Shown: positions 1 to 13,767, numbered from the stretch's first letter. The stretch: 64,000 nt of DNA from Oopsacas minuta (GCA_024704765.1 JAKMXF010000317.1:124001-188000), one strand, 5' to 3'. Translations and numbers: made by a program. The notes: generated by a model not told the origin, from the sequence alone.

Positions 1-937
1 CTTCTACAATCCAGGAAGCTTTTGCCCAAGGAAATCTCTGTTAATTATGGAATTTCCTCAGCTACAGTTTACAATGTTAAACGCCGATTAGATGAAGGTG
101 TACCGCTATCTCACCAAAAGGGCACAGGGAGACCCAATAACTTGCGATCTTCCATCAAATTGTCTATTCTTCACTAGGTACGATGTAAACCATACCTCTC
201 TTTACGAACATTAGCAAGTCGTACAGGTAATGAGGCTTCCTATCAGACTGTCCGGAGAATGTTGAAGGACCAATCTTACAACAAACCTTACCCTGTTCAG
301 ATCCCTATGCTGAGTGAAAAAATCGCATGTACCGGATAGAATGGGCAAAAAAGTACAAATACCCGAAGAAACAATGGTCCCAAACAACATTTCTTGACGA
401 GATGTCAATCTGGCTCTCAAGGGGAAGATTAAGGATGTGGACAAAATCCAACAAAAAATGGATCGCCCCAACATTGAAGCATGTCCGAAAGATACACGTG
501 TCGGTTGCATTCTCATCTATGGGTACATTCCCATTGTGTGTTTTCACTAACAATATGAACAGTGAAATGTTTTTAGATATAATGGGAGGATATTTGATAA
601 CTCATGCACAGGTATATCATGAAAGTCACTGGCGATTGGTGATGGATAATTATCCAAAACACACCTCGCAAAAGGTCTGCACCTGGTTGGCACAAAATGT
701 AGCAAATCAGATTCCATGGCCTTCACAAAGTCCAGATTCTAACCCCATTTAAAATTTATTCGCATGGGTGAAGCGAGAGATACTTAAGCTAGGTCCAAGG
801 ACAATTCCAGAACTGAAACTAAATTTAGAAGCGGTCTGGAATCGTATTCAACCAGATTTTCTCAACCTTACTGGGAATCAATGCCCAGAAGATGCCAACT
901 AGTAGTAGAGGGCAACGGGTATCCTATTGATTATTAA
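1..937 (+). pseudogene. Tc1-family (DD34E) transposase, disrupted, 5' end outside window
   Basis: HTH-like start (ISSATVYNVKRRL..KGTGRP), FLDEMSI, VMDNYPKH, WPSQSPDSNPI*N with 34 residues between the second D and the expected E, which is now TAA (750-752). Ends ...EGNGYPIDY* at 935-937. Several frameshifts and stops. Confidence 0.9.
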
Positions 938-3444
938 GATCTATTACTTCACTCTCAATTTGGGGCATATATGGCAATGTATACTATAACTCTAATAATT
1001 TTCGGCTTAAGTAACAGGTCTGAATAAATATATAACAAACTGCATATTGATTGGATTTGAATTTAATACAGGCACTAATAGGAATCTTGATCTGATAACT
1101 GATTTGTTATCAGTCATATAGTTACCAGTATAGTATGTACATATTTTAGAGGCGCCCGACGAGTGTTCGCACAAGCCACGCAGCGGCTTGTGTATATTGA
1201 AACAGAGAACCGAAATAATAGTGAATGCTTTATACAGAGTTATAGTTGATATAATTGGATCAGTCATCCTTATGATTTATAACTCTACGATTATATATGA
1301 AGAGTAGCAATTAGGCTATTCCAATTGAGTGCCCTTTAAATTCGATTTTTCCTTGACTGTACCCCCGTAGCCTAATATTTTGTTTTGTTTTTACCATTTT
1401 CACATAGATACATTGGTTCATTTGTTTACTTTTGGGAGGTAAACTATTTTGTGAAGTAAATAAGTTATGATGTACATCAAATTATTGAACGAACAAAAAC
1501 AGGCTATGACATTCTGTATATGTAAGAAATATGCGAGAAACTTACAAGAAAATATTAGGCCGGGAGTCGATCCCGTAAAATCGTGTTTAAAGATCATTTA
1601 GAGGGTCGATATGTATATAACTGGACTCAGGTCGCCTAGCGGCATCGAACATGGGGCCACTCGATGGGGTTAAGACTAATTTTGAGAATGGAATGTTGTG
1701 ACATTCAGATTCGTGAGGAATTTTGCGTTCTAGGAAAAAGATCTCTTCAAATATGGTTTGAACTGACCATTTGAACGACGAGAATTATTATGCTGAAGAC
1801 GAATATTCGGCATATATAATTGATTCACATAAAAATTGTGTACTTTGTATGCGTTTTTAAGGCGTAAAATGCTATGTAATTATATTGTCGTCATAATTTT
1901 GTGTATTTAAAATGAGAACCATGGTTATCAAAGTCCTTGAGTCACAATATATCCGATAATATAGTGCGGCATATCTCCTAAGATTCCTCGACGAAATTAC
2001 ATAGTGAACCTGACTGATAATTATCGGATCCATGAAACTTTCTAACAGATAGACAATAATTAGTAACAGATGAGACATTGTCACATAGCTACTTATTACC
2101 CAACCGTGGATGTCACCGTATTCTCTAAAAATAAAAGCCTATTTAATTTGAGGTGATCAGAAATATATTAATTTGGCTAGTCAATTATCTTTTGGGGTAA
2201 TCACATAAATCTTTACCTTAGTAATATAAAGCCTTACGATTAGAAACCATGGATTACTTGAAGTACTAAAATTTGATAGGCAATATAATTTTATTCACGA
2301 TTATACACAAATGGTGCATTTTGCCTCATAATGCTATGTCATCCGACGACTTCCAAGTCAAAGTAACTTCATCTGATTTGCTAAACCAGTAATATAGTGT
2401 TATAATACAAATTTTACAAATCTGTCAAATGATCAATATCGCGTAGTAGACTACACGATATTGGTTTTTTATATTCGACATTGATATTCGATATTCATGT
2501 TAAATATTTGCATTTATTTGTATCGATCTGAATCAACTTTTATCACTCTGAATTTCCAACCGCGTATCTATATTAGGTATTCGGTTGGCCCAAACAAAAT
2601 ATAAAACAAGGGTCAGTCGATAGGCTTCGGACAATTGTGAGATTGGAATATTGTAATATTCCTGCAAGGGAAAGTCTCAAAAGAATAATAACTTTATTCT
2701 TCAGTTGTCAATGGAATATTTGTACAATAGGTTTGTCTAGTGCTAAAATATGGATTCATTAAATTCCCTAAGTTTAACAACATCAATAATTATTAACGAG
2801 CAGCTTTGCTTGCTCGCGGTCCGCAACTTGCGAACACTTTGTGTTCGAATGGGACTCGGCACTTAGGGCCTTGAACATAGGGGCAGAGTACAGCGGGGCA
2901 GCCAAGGTATCCCCCTCAGCACGTGGCATTACAATACGGACCTCTTCGCCCCGTCTGCTTTCTGTCATATTATTCCGGAAAAATATATACCTGTGCAGTA
3001 CAACTATACTGGGGTGTTACCCATATAGCTCTTGGGCCGTGGCCCGCTATTCGAAGCCTGCGGGTGAAATGCGATTAATCATATGATAAATCATTTAGGT
3101 ATATATTTGAAATTGCCAAAATTGGAATTTACATGCTCAATTACCCCTTAAAACGAAATCTCTACCGTCATTTTGAATAATATGCAAAAATTGTGAAAAT
3201 ACGTTTATTCATATGTTGCATCTGTGAAATTGTGGCTTTTAGATTCTGAAATTCTCAGAATCAGACTTTACACATGTTGTCATGGGTAATTGTGTAACAA
3301 TTAATTATTGATAATTAATATTTATTCAACTAAATATCCATTTTAGCAAATATAGATTAAATTGATTTACTAACCTTGTCAGTCATTTTAAAATGTTAAA
3401 CTTGAATTCTACGTCCTGTACACCCCTGATTAACAAGTGGAAGC

Positions 3445-3870
3445 TAATCTCTAGGATAATTTTGACATGTTCACCAAAAGGTGTGAAAATTGAGTAATCA
3501 CATAGCCAATCAGTGTATACAAATTTAATAGAAAGTATTGACTAATACAATTGCAGTCTACTTCAATGCAAATACAGTACAGTGCTAATTCTATTACAAA
3601 CACTCCACCAGAACTAACTTTATGCATTTATGCCTAATTGTAAAACCCTGCATTCTGGTTAGGGTAAATACAGAGGTGTCAAAAGGTGTTAAAATATATA
3701 CATTAAGAATTTTTCGAATGTGAGATGCACAACTGATGTCGCTACGAGTATCTATGCTAAATTTGGTGTCTTAATCTATTAAGGTGTGAACAGCAGATCG
3801 AAAACATATATGCCTATATATAATCATATACCAAGTCAAGCATTTTTGAAATTGGCTACTATACATCTAA
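3445..3870. repeat. Dispersed ~430-bp repeat, copy 1 (copy 2 at ~46120-46545, same orientation)
   Basis: Colinear shared blocks such as ctctaggataattttga.atgttcaccaaaa, acactccaccagaactaa, aatttggtgtctta and aaggtgtgaacagcaga. Roughly 75% identity by eye. Confidence 0.8.
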
Positions 3871-4799
3871 TTGTATCCGGTACAGTAAAAATCAGAGTTT
3901 TAATTAATAAGATAACGGGCCTTTGCCACACAGTGTGGCAAATGGCGATTATGGGGTAATAGGTACTTACACCGAAGATATATGTTAAAGCTATGTGTCT
4001 CGCACAAGGGTAAATATTTCGAGCATATCATAGAATGACATATTTAATTGTGGACTGATCTATGATTTTAGAGTAATGGGTCTGGAACATATTGAATGCC
4101 CCAAGTATATACAACACTAGAAGTACCTATTGTTAACTGATAAATATTTAACATCTAAGAACAATAGAATTATTACCGATGACATAGTGCTATATGATGA
4201 ATACTTCCATTTACTTCAGCAAAAAATCCATAACCAATATAAAAATTCTTGAAGAGTACGAAGGTGTAGAATTGTTTCTCATTCGAAAGGTGTGAACATT
4301 TTGGCACCTTTCCTTTCATAATTTTTACATATAATTAATAGTTACTACGATTATTCTCTGGCTATTTTGATATTATTGAAAACTTTTTCGAATTTCACGC
4401 CCATAACATTTCAGTTTTGCAATTACTAACGGGGTTGATCTTTGCACATGGCGCAACCACATTGGCATATTCAATTCACGGAAATCTGTATAATCAATAT
4501 GCTGCAAAATGATAGATTTTCTTTGATTTGTTACATGCAACATTTTGATCTCCATCTTAACAATTCTATCTCCATTCCTTAGTATTTGCGGATATGTAGA
4601 AGTCAACCTAGGACCAAAATATATTGGTTAGTTATTTTACATATACTCGATTATTATTGATGTTTCATACTAAGCATTGATATATTTGATCAAAATAATT
4701 TATTATAGAAACTGGTGATGTCAAGCAAGGTAACGAGATTGTCACAAAGATGACCGATGCCTTCCCAACTTAACAGGATATGGTCCATTAATTCTGAGC

Positions 4800-7290
4800 A
4801 ATCTCGAATTGCTTAAAACACGAAATTGGCGAGATGCCTCTTCTATCTGGGGTAAGCTGGCAAAATATGTTTATAGAAGAAATCGCTTGTAACTACGAGC
4901 GAAACTTATGGACATTTGGCGAAACAACAACTGGAACATCAAATCTCAGGTAACATAAGCATTGACACGACCTAAAGATAAGTTTACTCTACTTATCAGT
5001 ATCAACATTTCTGAATTGTCAGATCTTCGTAATCATAACGTGCTTTTCTCCAATTCTGATAGTTCACTAGAATCAGAAATTAGCACAATTATTAGCATTC
5101 AATCCACCGGTCAGGTATCTAGCACAATGCACATAGTTCAGTTGACAAATAGATGTGAATTTAGATTTACAGGCCAAGAATGGTTCAGAATTTTCCAAAT
5201 TCTTCAGAAAGTGCTCTAAAGTCAGAAATGGACAACCTTATTAATGAGAAATTTCCTTTTTCTACCCATTTTGTGTTATAAAAATATTTGACCCTCGAAT
5301 TAACAAAAGCTATTCAAGACGTGGATATGCCTTTATTATTGCAGCAGCAGTTTGCAAGTTTAGCAATTCTATCACATTCAATTTATAAATGGAAAGACCG
5401 CAAACAAATGCAAGCTATCTTTATCTCGTTAATTATCCTGCTACTGTATTAGTCTCTAAAGAACATTCATCTAATTTAATTTCGCACAACCGACCTTTAT
5501 CAGCAGACAGAAGAGAAGCCGCTGCAAAACAGCATGAACTTTCTAGTCCTTCTAATCTTCATTATTCCTTCTTTGTTAATTCACGAAATTTATCCGTTGC
5601 CAAAAAAGGAAACTTCGATTATTTACACTCAACTGATGTTATTAGAAAGGTCAAGCCACAGCACTTTGAAAAATCCCGATTTAATAATGATATGTGGCAG
5701 GACATCATTAGCACCCAAATGTTATATATGAGCACAATCATTGGGAATTCCTTACGGCTACATTCAATTCATTAGTCATTCCCCATTCATCATTCATTTG
5801 TATCGTGAAGAACAGATAAATGTTGTGAAAAATATTAGAAAAATAATCTCTACATTGCATTTAGACGCCACTGGTTCAGTTATCACGAAATTGGTAAAAA
5901 GAATCCTCTATTACGCTATTTCAATAACGCATCCTCGTTCACATGTAAACCCAATACCACTTGCTGAGATTGTATCTAGGGAGCAGACAAACATAGAAAT
6001 TTCACATTTGCTTAACCGTTGGTTATACACTGCCTGGCCAAAAGTATTGGAACACCCTGCCACAATTAATACCTGAAACAAAGGGTATGCTCTCATAGTT
6101 GTATAAGCCAAAGATGATTTCAAAAAATGTTGAACATAAATATATCGTAAAACGAATGATAACAAGCTATTGTTCTACTTTCTGCAATATCCATAGAATC
6201 TTTCAACATATTCTCATCTAATGCCACTTGTGCCAAGTTGTAAACAGTGTTCCAATACTTTTGGCCAGACAGTGTATGACGTAAAGAAGGTGACGAGTAG
6301 TGAGATATTACAAAATAAAGTTGAAGTAAACTTTAGTTGGGCCATGCTACACGGTGTTTTCAATGCCTTTAACAAACAAAACTTAGAATGGTATTTAAAT
6401 AAATGTTGGTAACTATTCACAAGAATAATTCTACTAGTTCAATAAAGTAATCATGCACATATGCTCAGCACACATAATGGATCGGTTTAGCTATAAACTA
6501 AGTTCTAAGTTCAGAATGGATAAAGAGAGGAACAAAGAATCATGTTCTCAATGGTTCGAATAACCAGTTGTATAACCATGGATGAAATAAATCAGTTATT
6601 TGTCGCATTGAGTATAGTATGTTTATCAAAAACGATCTAACCCAAAATTGAAGAATTGTTTAATAAGCTTAACAGCTCTATTGTCTTGATAAGGAGTTCG
6701 ATTTTGAACTCGAAAATATCACAGAACTAGATGAATCATTACCCAATGAAATGTAAAGATAGCAAAACATACAAATCAAGATCTCCATTTGCTATACATT
6801 TTCAGATTGAATTAATGAACTGCAAGCGGCGTGTGGTATATTTGAAATGGAAGAACAGAATGAAAGCACTCCTAAAAACAACTACTACTTTCCAGATTTA
6901 TCATCATTTCTTGTAACTCATTACATGCCAATTTGTCACCTCTGGTCAGGTCTTATACTAGGCCCATCCTTGCACCCAGGTCAATATCACGTGACATACA
7001 CGAATGCAAGTGCAGAAACTGGATGAGAATTGTAAAGATAACATTTTTGCTGAAAGAATGCAAACTAATACGTGAGATTTCTTTCGCAAATTAAGGGAAG
7101 GTATTGTTGGTAGAATATTGGCATTCGAATTTGCATTCAATCCATTGAGTCTTAAAGTTCTCAAGAGAAAAAACACAACAACCAAGGGATTATGATGAAA
7201 TTGATGAAATGTGGAAGATGAAGAATCCAAGACAGAAATACTTCAAATCAGGAAAGCCAAAGAACTCTAACAAACATTCTTCCCTGAAAA
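4800..7290 (+). pseudogene. Mutator-like (NOF/Rehavkus-type) transposase relic
   Basis: Fragments in order: SPFIIHLYREEQI, LHLDATGSV (D at 5864), PIPLAEIVS, VEVNFSWAM (expected D is N, 6329), HICSAH (CxxH, ~6456), RSPFAIHF, CHLWSGLILG, TNASAE(N)WMRIVK. This is the motif series of NOF-like MULE transposases. Many stops and frameshifts; boundaries approximate. Confidence 0.75.
6028..6274. mobile_element. 247-bp Tc1-type MITE
   Basis: 28-bp TIRs CACTGCCTGGCCAAAAGTATTGGAACAC (6028-6055) and its reverse complement (6247-6274), 27/28 match. TA on both sides (6026-6027, 6275-6276). Confidence 0.95.
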
Positions 7291-9400
7291 AGTTCAAGAA
7301 TCCAAGACACGGGAAACTTAGTCATTTGCCTACCATAATGGTCACTAGCCCTCAGGTCAACTCAAAGGCAGTAACATTGTGCAGTTATTTGTCTATTGTC
7401 GATTCTATTGCAGATCAACTCTCTCTATAGTAGATATTAAATAATATTATTATGCAGAATTTAAGACTGTAACTCCGAGTTGGCAAAGGGAAAGAACAAA
7501 GTGATCAGACTAACATTTCCAACAGGTATAGTCTATGAAAATGAAGCCCCTGATAATTCTCTGTAAATTCGACAATTAATTCCTACAAAAGAAAAAGATT
7601 TCACCAAATGGGAATTGCTTGTCTCACTCTTTATCATACATAATTTCTGGAATAGATTGCAATCATAAAGAATACAGGATTTAATAATTGATAAAATGAA
7701 GGGCGAATATAGAAACTTAGCCGCCAATTACGTTCAAGCTCGAAAAGATTTATTGCCACAGGAATACTGCAATTCGATTGAAGATTATCTGAAGCAAGCA
7801 AAATGGACCGAGTAGGATCTTGGGGTACAGACCTAGTAATATTTTAACGGCTATCATCCCGAAAACATATCTTTCTCTACAATGAGCACCAAACTCTGAG
7901 CACCATCGCTCTACTGTTCTCAAGCAATGACCTATATTTGGAAAGTGCTTCTGCAAAGTTTCGTGTATTCCAAACGGCTCTTATCAAGTTTGAACAAAAT
8001 TAGAATCATCGCTCTAAAATCCCGCCTTGTGAGGCCAGATTCTTGTTGAGGAACCATACAAGCCATAGCCCTTAGAAATCAAGCAATTCGAAAAGTACAA
8101 AAGATAAACGAATGTAATTTGTTGTGTAGCTAAATTATATACGCTAAATAGATATAAAATAAACTTCTTAGAAATTATTTGTGGTTTGATAATAAACGAC
8201 AAAACACTTCGAGTGCCCTTCGTATTTGATTTATGCCACTTATGGCAACTGTGGATCAAAAATAAATATTTCAATAACTCAGCCACTTTTGTTGAAGATT
8301 TTATCCCAGGATAATTCAGATCCGGTAGAATTCAAAAATCGCAACAGGATTGCACAATTTCAAGGTGATTTCTGCTCTAAACAATTCGATATTTAAAGAA
8401 GTCATTTGTTAATTAATTAGCTAGTGTTGCCAGAAATTTTGTCAAATTTGGTCCGAATGATATGAATTCACATGGTCACATAGGTTTGTAAAGCATATTA
8501 TCATATACATATAAAAATGAGCTCCCCAATTCCTATATAAACAATTTTAAAATTCACAGGTTTTCATATAGTTAGGCCTGGTTAGTGTATAACCAATATA
8601 GAAAGTTTTCAAACACATTCTCTAACTCCAAGTTACTTTTACATTATCTGTAGGCATGTCATACGAATATCATACAATATAACCTTTTCAATAGGAACAC
8701 AAAAGGACGGTGAAAAATTACCTCCCTTACTCCCGAATAATACCAATTGAATAACCCTTGTAGGGTCTAATTTTATGTCGATATTTGTAATTATTATCCA
8801 AAAATTCGTTTTAATCGCGTCTTATTAAATAGTTTCACTGTATACTTATATTCAGAATAACATGTGTGGCATTTCTTTTTGTTTTATGTTGCTAATATGT
8901 TTGGTAAGAAATGGGATCGATAAGCAGTCATCTGGAGGAACATGATGTAAACATATACCTAAGATTCCTGTATATGTACTTTCATGGGCCAGAATTCCTC
9001 TAACCCTGCCATTATCTGGAAGGAACATACTCATTATATGCATAAACTAGCGACTTCGCATGCTAGATCGCTCCGCCACAGCTTAATGCTCCAGGTTGAC
9101 ATAAATATGAATTCAACAGCTAAATTTTAAAGTGTTATTGGTTGCAACACAGCAGAATATACTCGACCCTATGTGCCTCGAATTCACAGAATAGTAAAAT
9201 TTTAAGATGTGATTATCCATGGTCCATCCAAATCATATTGAATTGGCTACTGATGCGACACTGGATATGCTATGTCGCTTTTGGTTAGTAATTTCGGCAC
9301 TTCATGCCTAGAGGATGAGAAATTGCGAGCAAAATCATAAAGTGAAAACTTGTTGCATATTGATGAGTCTTGTGCTTCAAATTTCAAACTTTTATCATGA

Positions 9401-9550
9401 ATATTGGCTGAACAGTGGTTAATAATGCGATTTTTCGAAAATCCAAAGATATGACAACGACGTCATAATTTCGTCAAGGTGTGAATTTTGTCCAAGACTC
9501 GAGCTTTCCCGAGCCAGGCCTAAAATACCCCTGTATTCCAAAAATCGGCT
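9401..9550 (-). repeat. Dispersed repeat family; other copies at ~41983-42140 (+) and ~42746-42892 (+)
   Basis: Shared core gagtcttggac.a.attcacacct..acgaaattatga.g...ttg.cac.tttttggattt, about 80% identity by eye. Confidence 0.8.
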
Positions 9551-9816
9551 ATAGGAGTCCTCCAGTTTTCAATCCATTTTGGTCATACAAACATAAATAT
9601 TTAGATAAATATATATATACATTAATTGCATTTTAATAATATAGATATATTCGCAAAGTTTTCATGGTATCCTTTGTCAATCCTATATTGCACTTATAGT
9701 CCTATCGGAATCTAGATAAGCCTTTGCTTTTCCACTCTTTGATTTTTTTATGTATTGACTGGAAAATATATGTTATGTTAAGAATGCATCTTTTGTTATC
9801 ACAATCTATGTATGTA

Positions 9817-11170
9817 CAGGGTGGGCCACGGGAAATCGGTTGAAATAGAATGATCATAACTCGGCACACGTATGTCCATTTCCGATTGCCAACATTTTAT
9901 TTTGTAGCTAGAAGAATGCTATTTTGTGTTTAATTAACAATTAGATCAATAGGAAGTTATGACAAGGCTTAAATTGGAAGAAAGGACTATTGTCTTAAAA
10001 TGGTACTACAAAAATCATGGTCATAGTTACAACGCAGAGAAGATTTAGAGATTCTATAACTCTAGAACTGCTCCTAAACTAGATACCATCAAAAATATTG
10101 TCAAGAGGTTTGAGAAGAATGGTACTGTAGTTGATACAGCTAGACCAGGACCATGCCAGGCAATGAGGACCCCCAATAGCATCGAAAAAGTGAAGCGTAA
10201 ACTTGCGGATTCACCATATCGTTCATCAAAGAGGCTTTCAAGAGAACTTCAATTGTCCAGGACAACAGTCAGGAGGATTCTTGTAGATGATCTCAATCTC
10301 TTCTCATATAAGATACAGATCCTACAGAAGCAATCTACAGTCCAAAAAGAGAAGAGATTGACTTTTGGAAAGCTTGTCGCAGGGAAGGTTGAGAAGAAGG
10401 AAATTGACATCGGTAATATTAACTGTAGTGACGAGGCTCATTTTCAACTTTCTGGATATGTTAATAAACAGAACATGAGGATTTGGGGTGAGGAAAAGCC
10501 AGATCCACTTGATAGTAAGCTTTAACAAAAGAAAAGGTCACTGCCTGGTGTGCAGTTGGCTCCAAGAGGATTATTGGTCCGTATTTTTCTGAAATTAATG
10601 AAGGGTCAAGAGTGACCGTGAATGGTGTCCGATATCTTGATATGTTAAAGTCCCACTACATTCCAACTCTCAGAAGACGTAAGGAACTTGGTAGTAAAAC
10701 ATTTCAACAAGATGGCGCATCCCCACATATAGCTAAAGTTGTTCTTGACTTTCTTAGAGAGAAATTTGACAAACAGCTGATTTCACGAAACTGTGACTTC
10801 TTTTGGCATCTTACAGCCCAGATCTAAACCCATGTGATTTTTATTTATGGGGAAACCTGAAGAGCAAGGTTTACTCCAATCCTATCCCTGGGACTACTGA
10901 AGACCTCAAGAGAAACATTCGCCGGGAAATAAGACGGATCAAGGCAGAAACACTGAAGAAAGTCTCAGAAAATATCCTCACGAGATTGCAGAAGTGATAT
11001 CCTTAAATGGGAGCTGGATCGAGCATTTTATTAATGGATAGATACTCTACAAGATGAAAATTATAACATCACTTTATAAACTTTAATATACTTTTTACAG
11101 AATTGACTTATCTGTTTTTGTTTAGAAATTATGCAAATTTGTTTCAACCGGTTTCCCGCGGCCCACCCTG
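9817..11170 (+). mobile_element. Full-length rosa/Visitor-type (DD41D) Tc1/mariner element, transposase disrupted (~9959-11050)
   Basis: 29-bp TIRs CAGGGTGGGCC(A/G)CGGGAAA(T/C)CGGTTGAAA with TA flanks; 1354 bp. Motifs SDEAHF, FQQDGASPH, W(P)SYSPDLNPCDFYLWG; 41 residues between the second and third D after repairing a 1-bp deletion near 10807. Confidence 0.9.
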
Positions 11171-11785
11171 TATATTCTTAAATTGCAATTTTCTCTGTCT
11201 GTTTGCGCGTTGTAAAGGAAAGAATTTATGGAGTGCTACTTTTGAGTTTCAATTTCGTAATTGCGAGATATCGCATACCAATATATTCAAATGTGAGAAA
11301 ATCGGATCCAACAGATTTAAATGTGTTTAATTACTTGCTAAATAATTAATCATACTGTATTTTTGTATTTGAAGTAAAGTGTAGTCTCCCATAATGAACA
11401 CTCCGAAAAGCGGACAATACCTTTGCCGGACAGATCTTGTATTACGGAATGAATTTACTTTAATTATAATTCTATATTTATATTGTTGTTTAAGCAGTCT
11501 CCGAGGAGCATACAATTCCGTATTCCGAATAACGGACAGGGTACTAGCCCCGAATACTGTTTCTTAGTATAATTTATCTTCCAAAGGCGAACGGCCAAAA
11601 AGCTAAACTCAATAATTTCATGGATATCACAAATTTCTCATAAATATATAGCAACACAAGTCTGATATGGCTCAGTTAAATCATTAAAAGAGCAATTGGG
11701 GGTGAGGAAATAGTAAATGCATGAAGAAATTCCCGGGAATGTTAAAAAATGTATTCAAGCCAAAGCCAAATGATTTGAGCACCTA

Positions 11786-12540
11786 GGGCCTTATTAACTA
11801 AAATTCTTAAATCAAATTCTTATAATTTTTTCTTAACTTAAAATTTATTCTACTTCTATGAAATTATGATAAATAGGCATTTACTTACAAAAAAGATTGT
11901 TAATCGCTTAAGACAATATGTTTGATTATCATATCCACATCTTATAATACCCGCACATAGAACTAGTCGAACTATATACCAACTATATTTAGATACTATT
12001 TATTTATATTACTCTGAAATGTATTATAACATCAATAAATGTATTTATGTAATTATATCTCATATATTTTGAAAATAATAGTGTTGTATCTAAACTAAGG
12101 TAAATAAAGTCAATGTCATTTTAGTGACGTCCTGCAAAAATGTACGCAATCTATGCAAATTTATCCATTACGTATATTATCATCTTTGGTTATAAGTATA
12201 AATAATAATAAATGTTAATTAATTATGATAATATCTTACCAATCGCTTGCATTATGACCACTGAAAAATCGAAAACTCGTTCAAAGAATTTACTCAGGAG
12301 GAGATAATGTCACTCGTGGATCTCATTCATGATAAATCAAGTATATAGGTATAAGGATTTTATTTTCTACTATGTGCATATCTACTCAAAAAGCGATTGA
12401 AGTCGAATGAATTGTCATAAAATTTATTAATCAATAGCAAGAATCAATCAACTAGAATTACCCAAATCTAAGAATTATTATTAGAAATACACTTAAAATT
12501 AAGTTAAGAAGAATTCTTAGAATTTTAGTTAATAAGGCCC
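11786..12540. mobile_element. Non-autonomous PIF/Harbinger derivative carrying a Myb/SANT remnant
   Basis: TIRs GGGCCTTATTAACTAAAATTCT(T)AA at both ends; 3-bp flanks CTA/CTT. Internal fragment at 12254-12341 reads MTTEKSKTRSKN(F)TQEEIMSLVDLIHDKS with one frameshift. Confidence 0.7.
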
Positions 12541-12676
12541 CTTGGTCACAGAAACTTTAGTATATAATTTGATTAATTCATTGGATATACTAAGTAGTTA
12601 CATGAAATGATTTAACAATATATATATCCACATATTAACTATTTGTATTGTGGAATTGTGGTTATATAGAAAATAT

Positions 12677-12828
12677 ACAATTACAACCTGTGCCGACAGC
12701 TTAGTCGATTATAGTAATTTGTTTAAAGAGTGGCACTATGACAGGTTAAGTTTAATCCTAGCACACATAGTGCCACTTTTAAACGAATTTCTCTAATTGA
12801 CTAAGATGTCACCACAGGTTGTAATTGT
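12677..12828. repeat. ~150-bp imperfect palindrome (hairpin MITE-like)
   Basis: Arms of ~63 bp (acaattacaacctgtg...agtggcactatg / catagtgccact...cacaggttgtaattgt), ~85% complementary, ~25-bp loop. Confidence 0.85.
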
Positions 12829-13767
12829 GTAATTTTTACTAGATGTCTTCCTCTCACTATTTTTATCATTTGACCTTATGTAACACACCCCATTCCGTTT
12901 GTGAGAGGTCTTCTTGAAATTTGAAATTTGTTGTAAAACTTTAGTGTCACACTGTACCTGACACAATGCGGCAATGTAAGTTCAATCGAAAACTTTCCAA
13001 GCCACATTATTATTAGGTAGTTAAGAGAAAGTATTTCAAGATTCGAAGTTACCACAGTAGAAAGGGAACCAATGTGAGCCGTGAGGCTTGTCGTAAAGGG
13101 TTTCGATCAGATATTTGGGTAAGTTTTGACGGCCATTTAAATGGTACATATGATTTTTATATGATAGATAGCATTTTACTGTGCCGACTATAGTGGCCCA
13201 GAACTAATCTCTGGGTAATGTTGCACTGCAATCACGTTATTGGTGTAATCGCCGATAGTGATTGAATCAGGCCCGTCAGAAGCTAATAAAATGTGGGGCG
13301 GCCCTATGATGTCATAGACCCAATTGACAATGTGATAATTTAGACGACCTTTGACAAACGATTGCATAGTAATTATTCTTATAAGTATAATAATTATCAC
13401 ATCAAATCAATTACGTACTCATACGCAGATAGATTAATGTCAGTCAAGATCGAATATATGTAAATTTACTGGGTCTCTGGCCGCCTGATTTGGGCTGCCC
13501 CACATGAGCCACCCCACATATGAACTTCACTCCAACACAATGTATTGATTCTGTGTCAAATCGTTCCATTTTGATTGAATAATGTGTTGAATAAAATGTT
13601 ATCCAATAACTACGATAACCATATTTCGCCAGTTTAAATTATGAAAATAGTATAAAATATATTTAAATTACTACTCTACAATAATTTACATGCCCGGACT
13701 GTATATGCCTGTTTTATTGAATAATATACCCCATAAATACAATAATGAGTAATAATAAGGACAGAAA

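Noticed and set aside
1321-1361. ccttgactg|TA as the right TIR of the first Tc1 element
   Set aside because: The left end is outside the window and an alternative end near 980 is equally plausible, so it cannot be confirmed.
1490-1800. Possible hAT transposase fragment (ATRWG)
   Set aside because: Only one short motif among many stops; insufficient evidence.
2783-3086. GC-rich coding-like patch (MTESRRGEEV...)
   Set aside because: No recognisable motif or element ends; could be a retroelement fragment but not supportable.
3922-3942. Small palindromes (tttgccacac-a-gtgtggcaaa; also ~35863-35910 and ~54136-54176)
   Set aside because: Short and isolated; most simply MITE remnants or chance.
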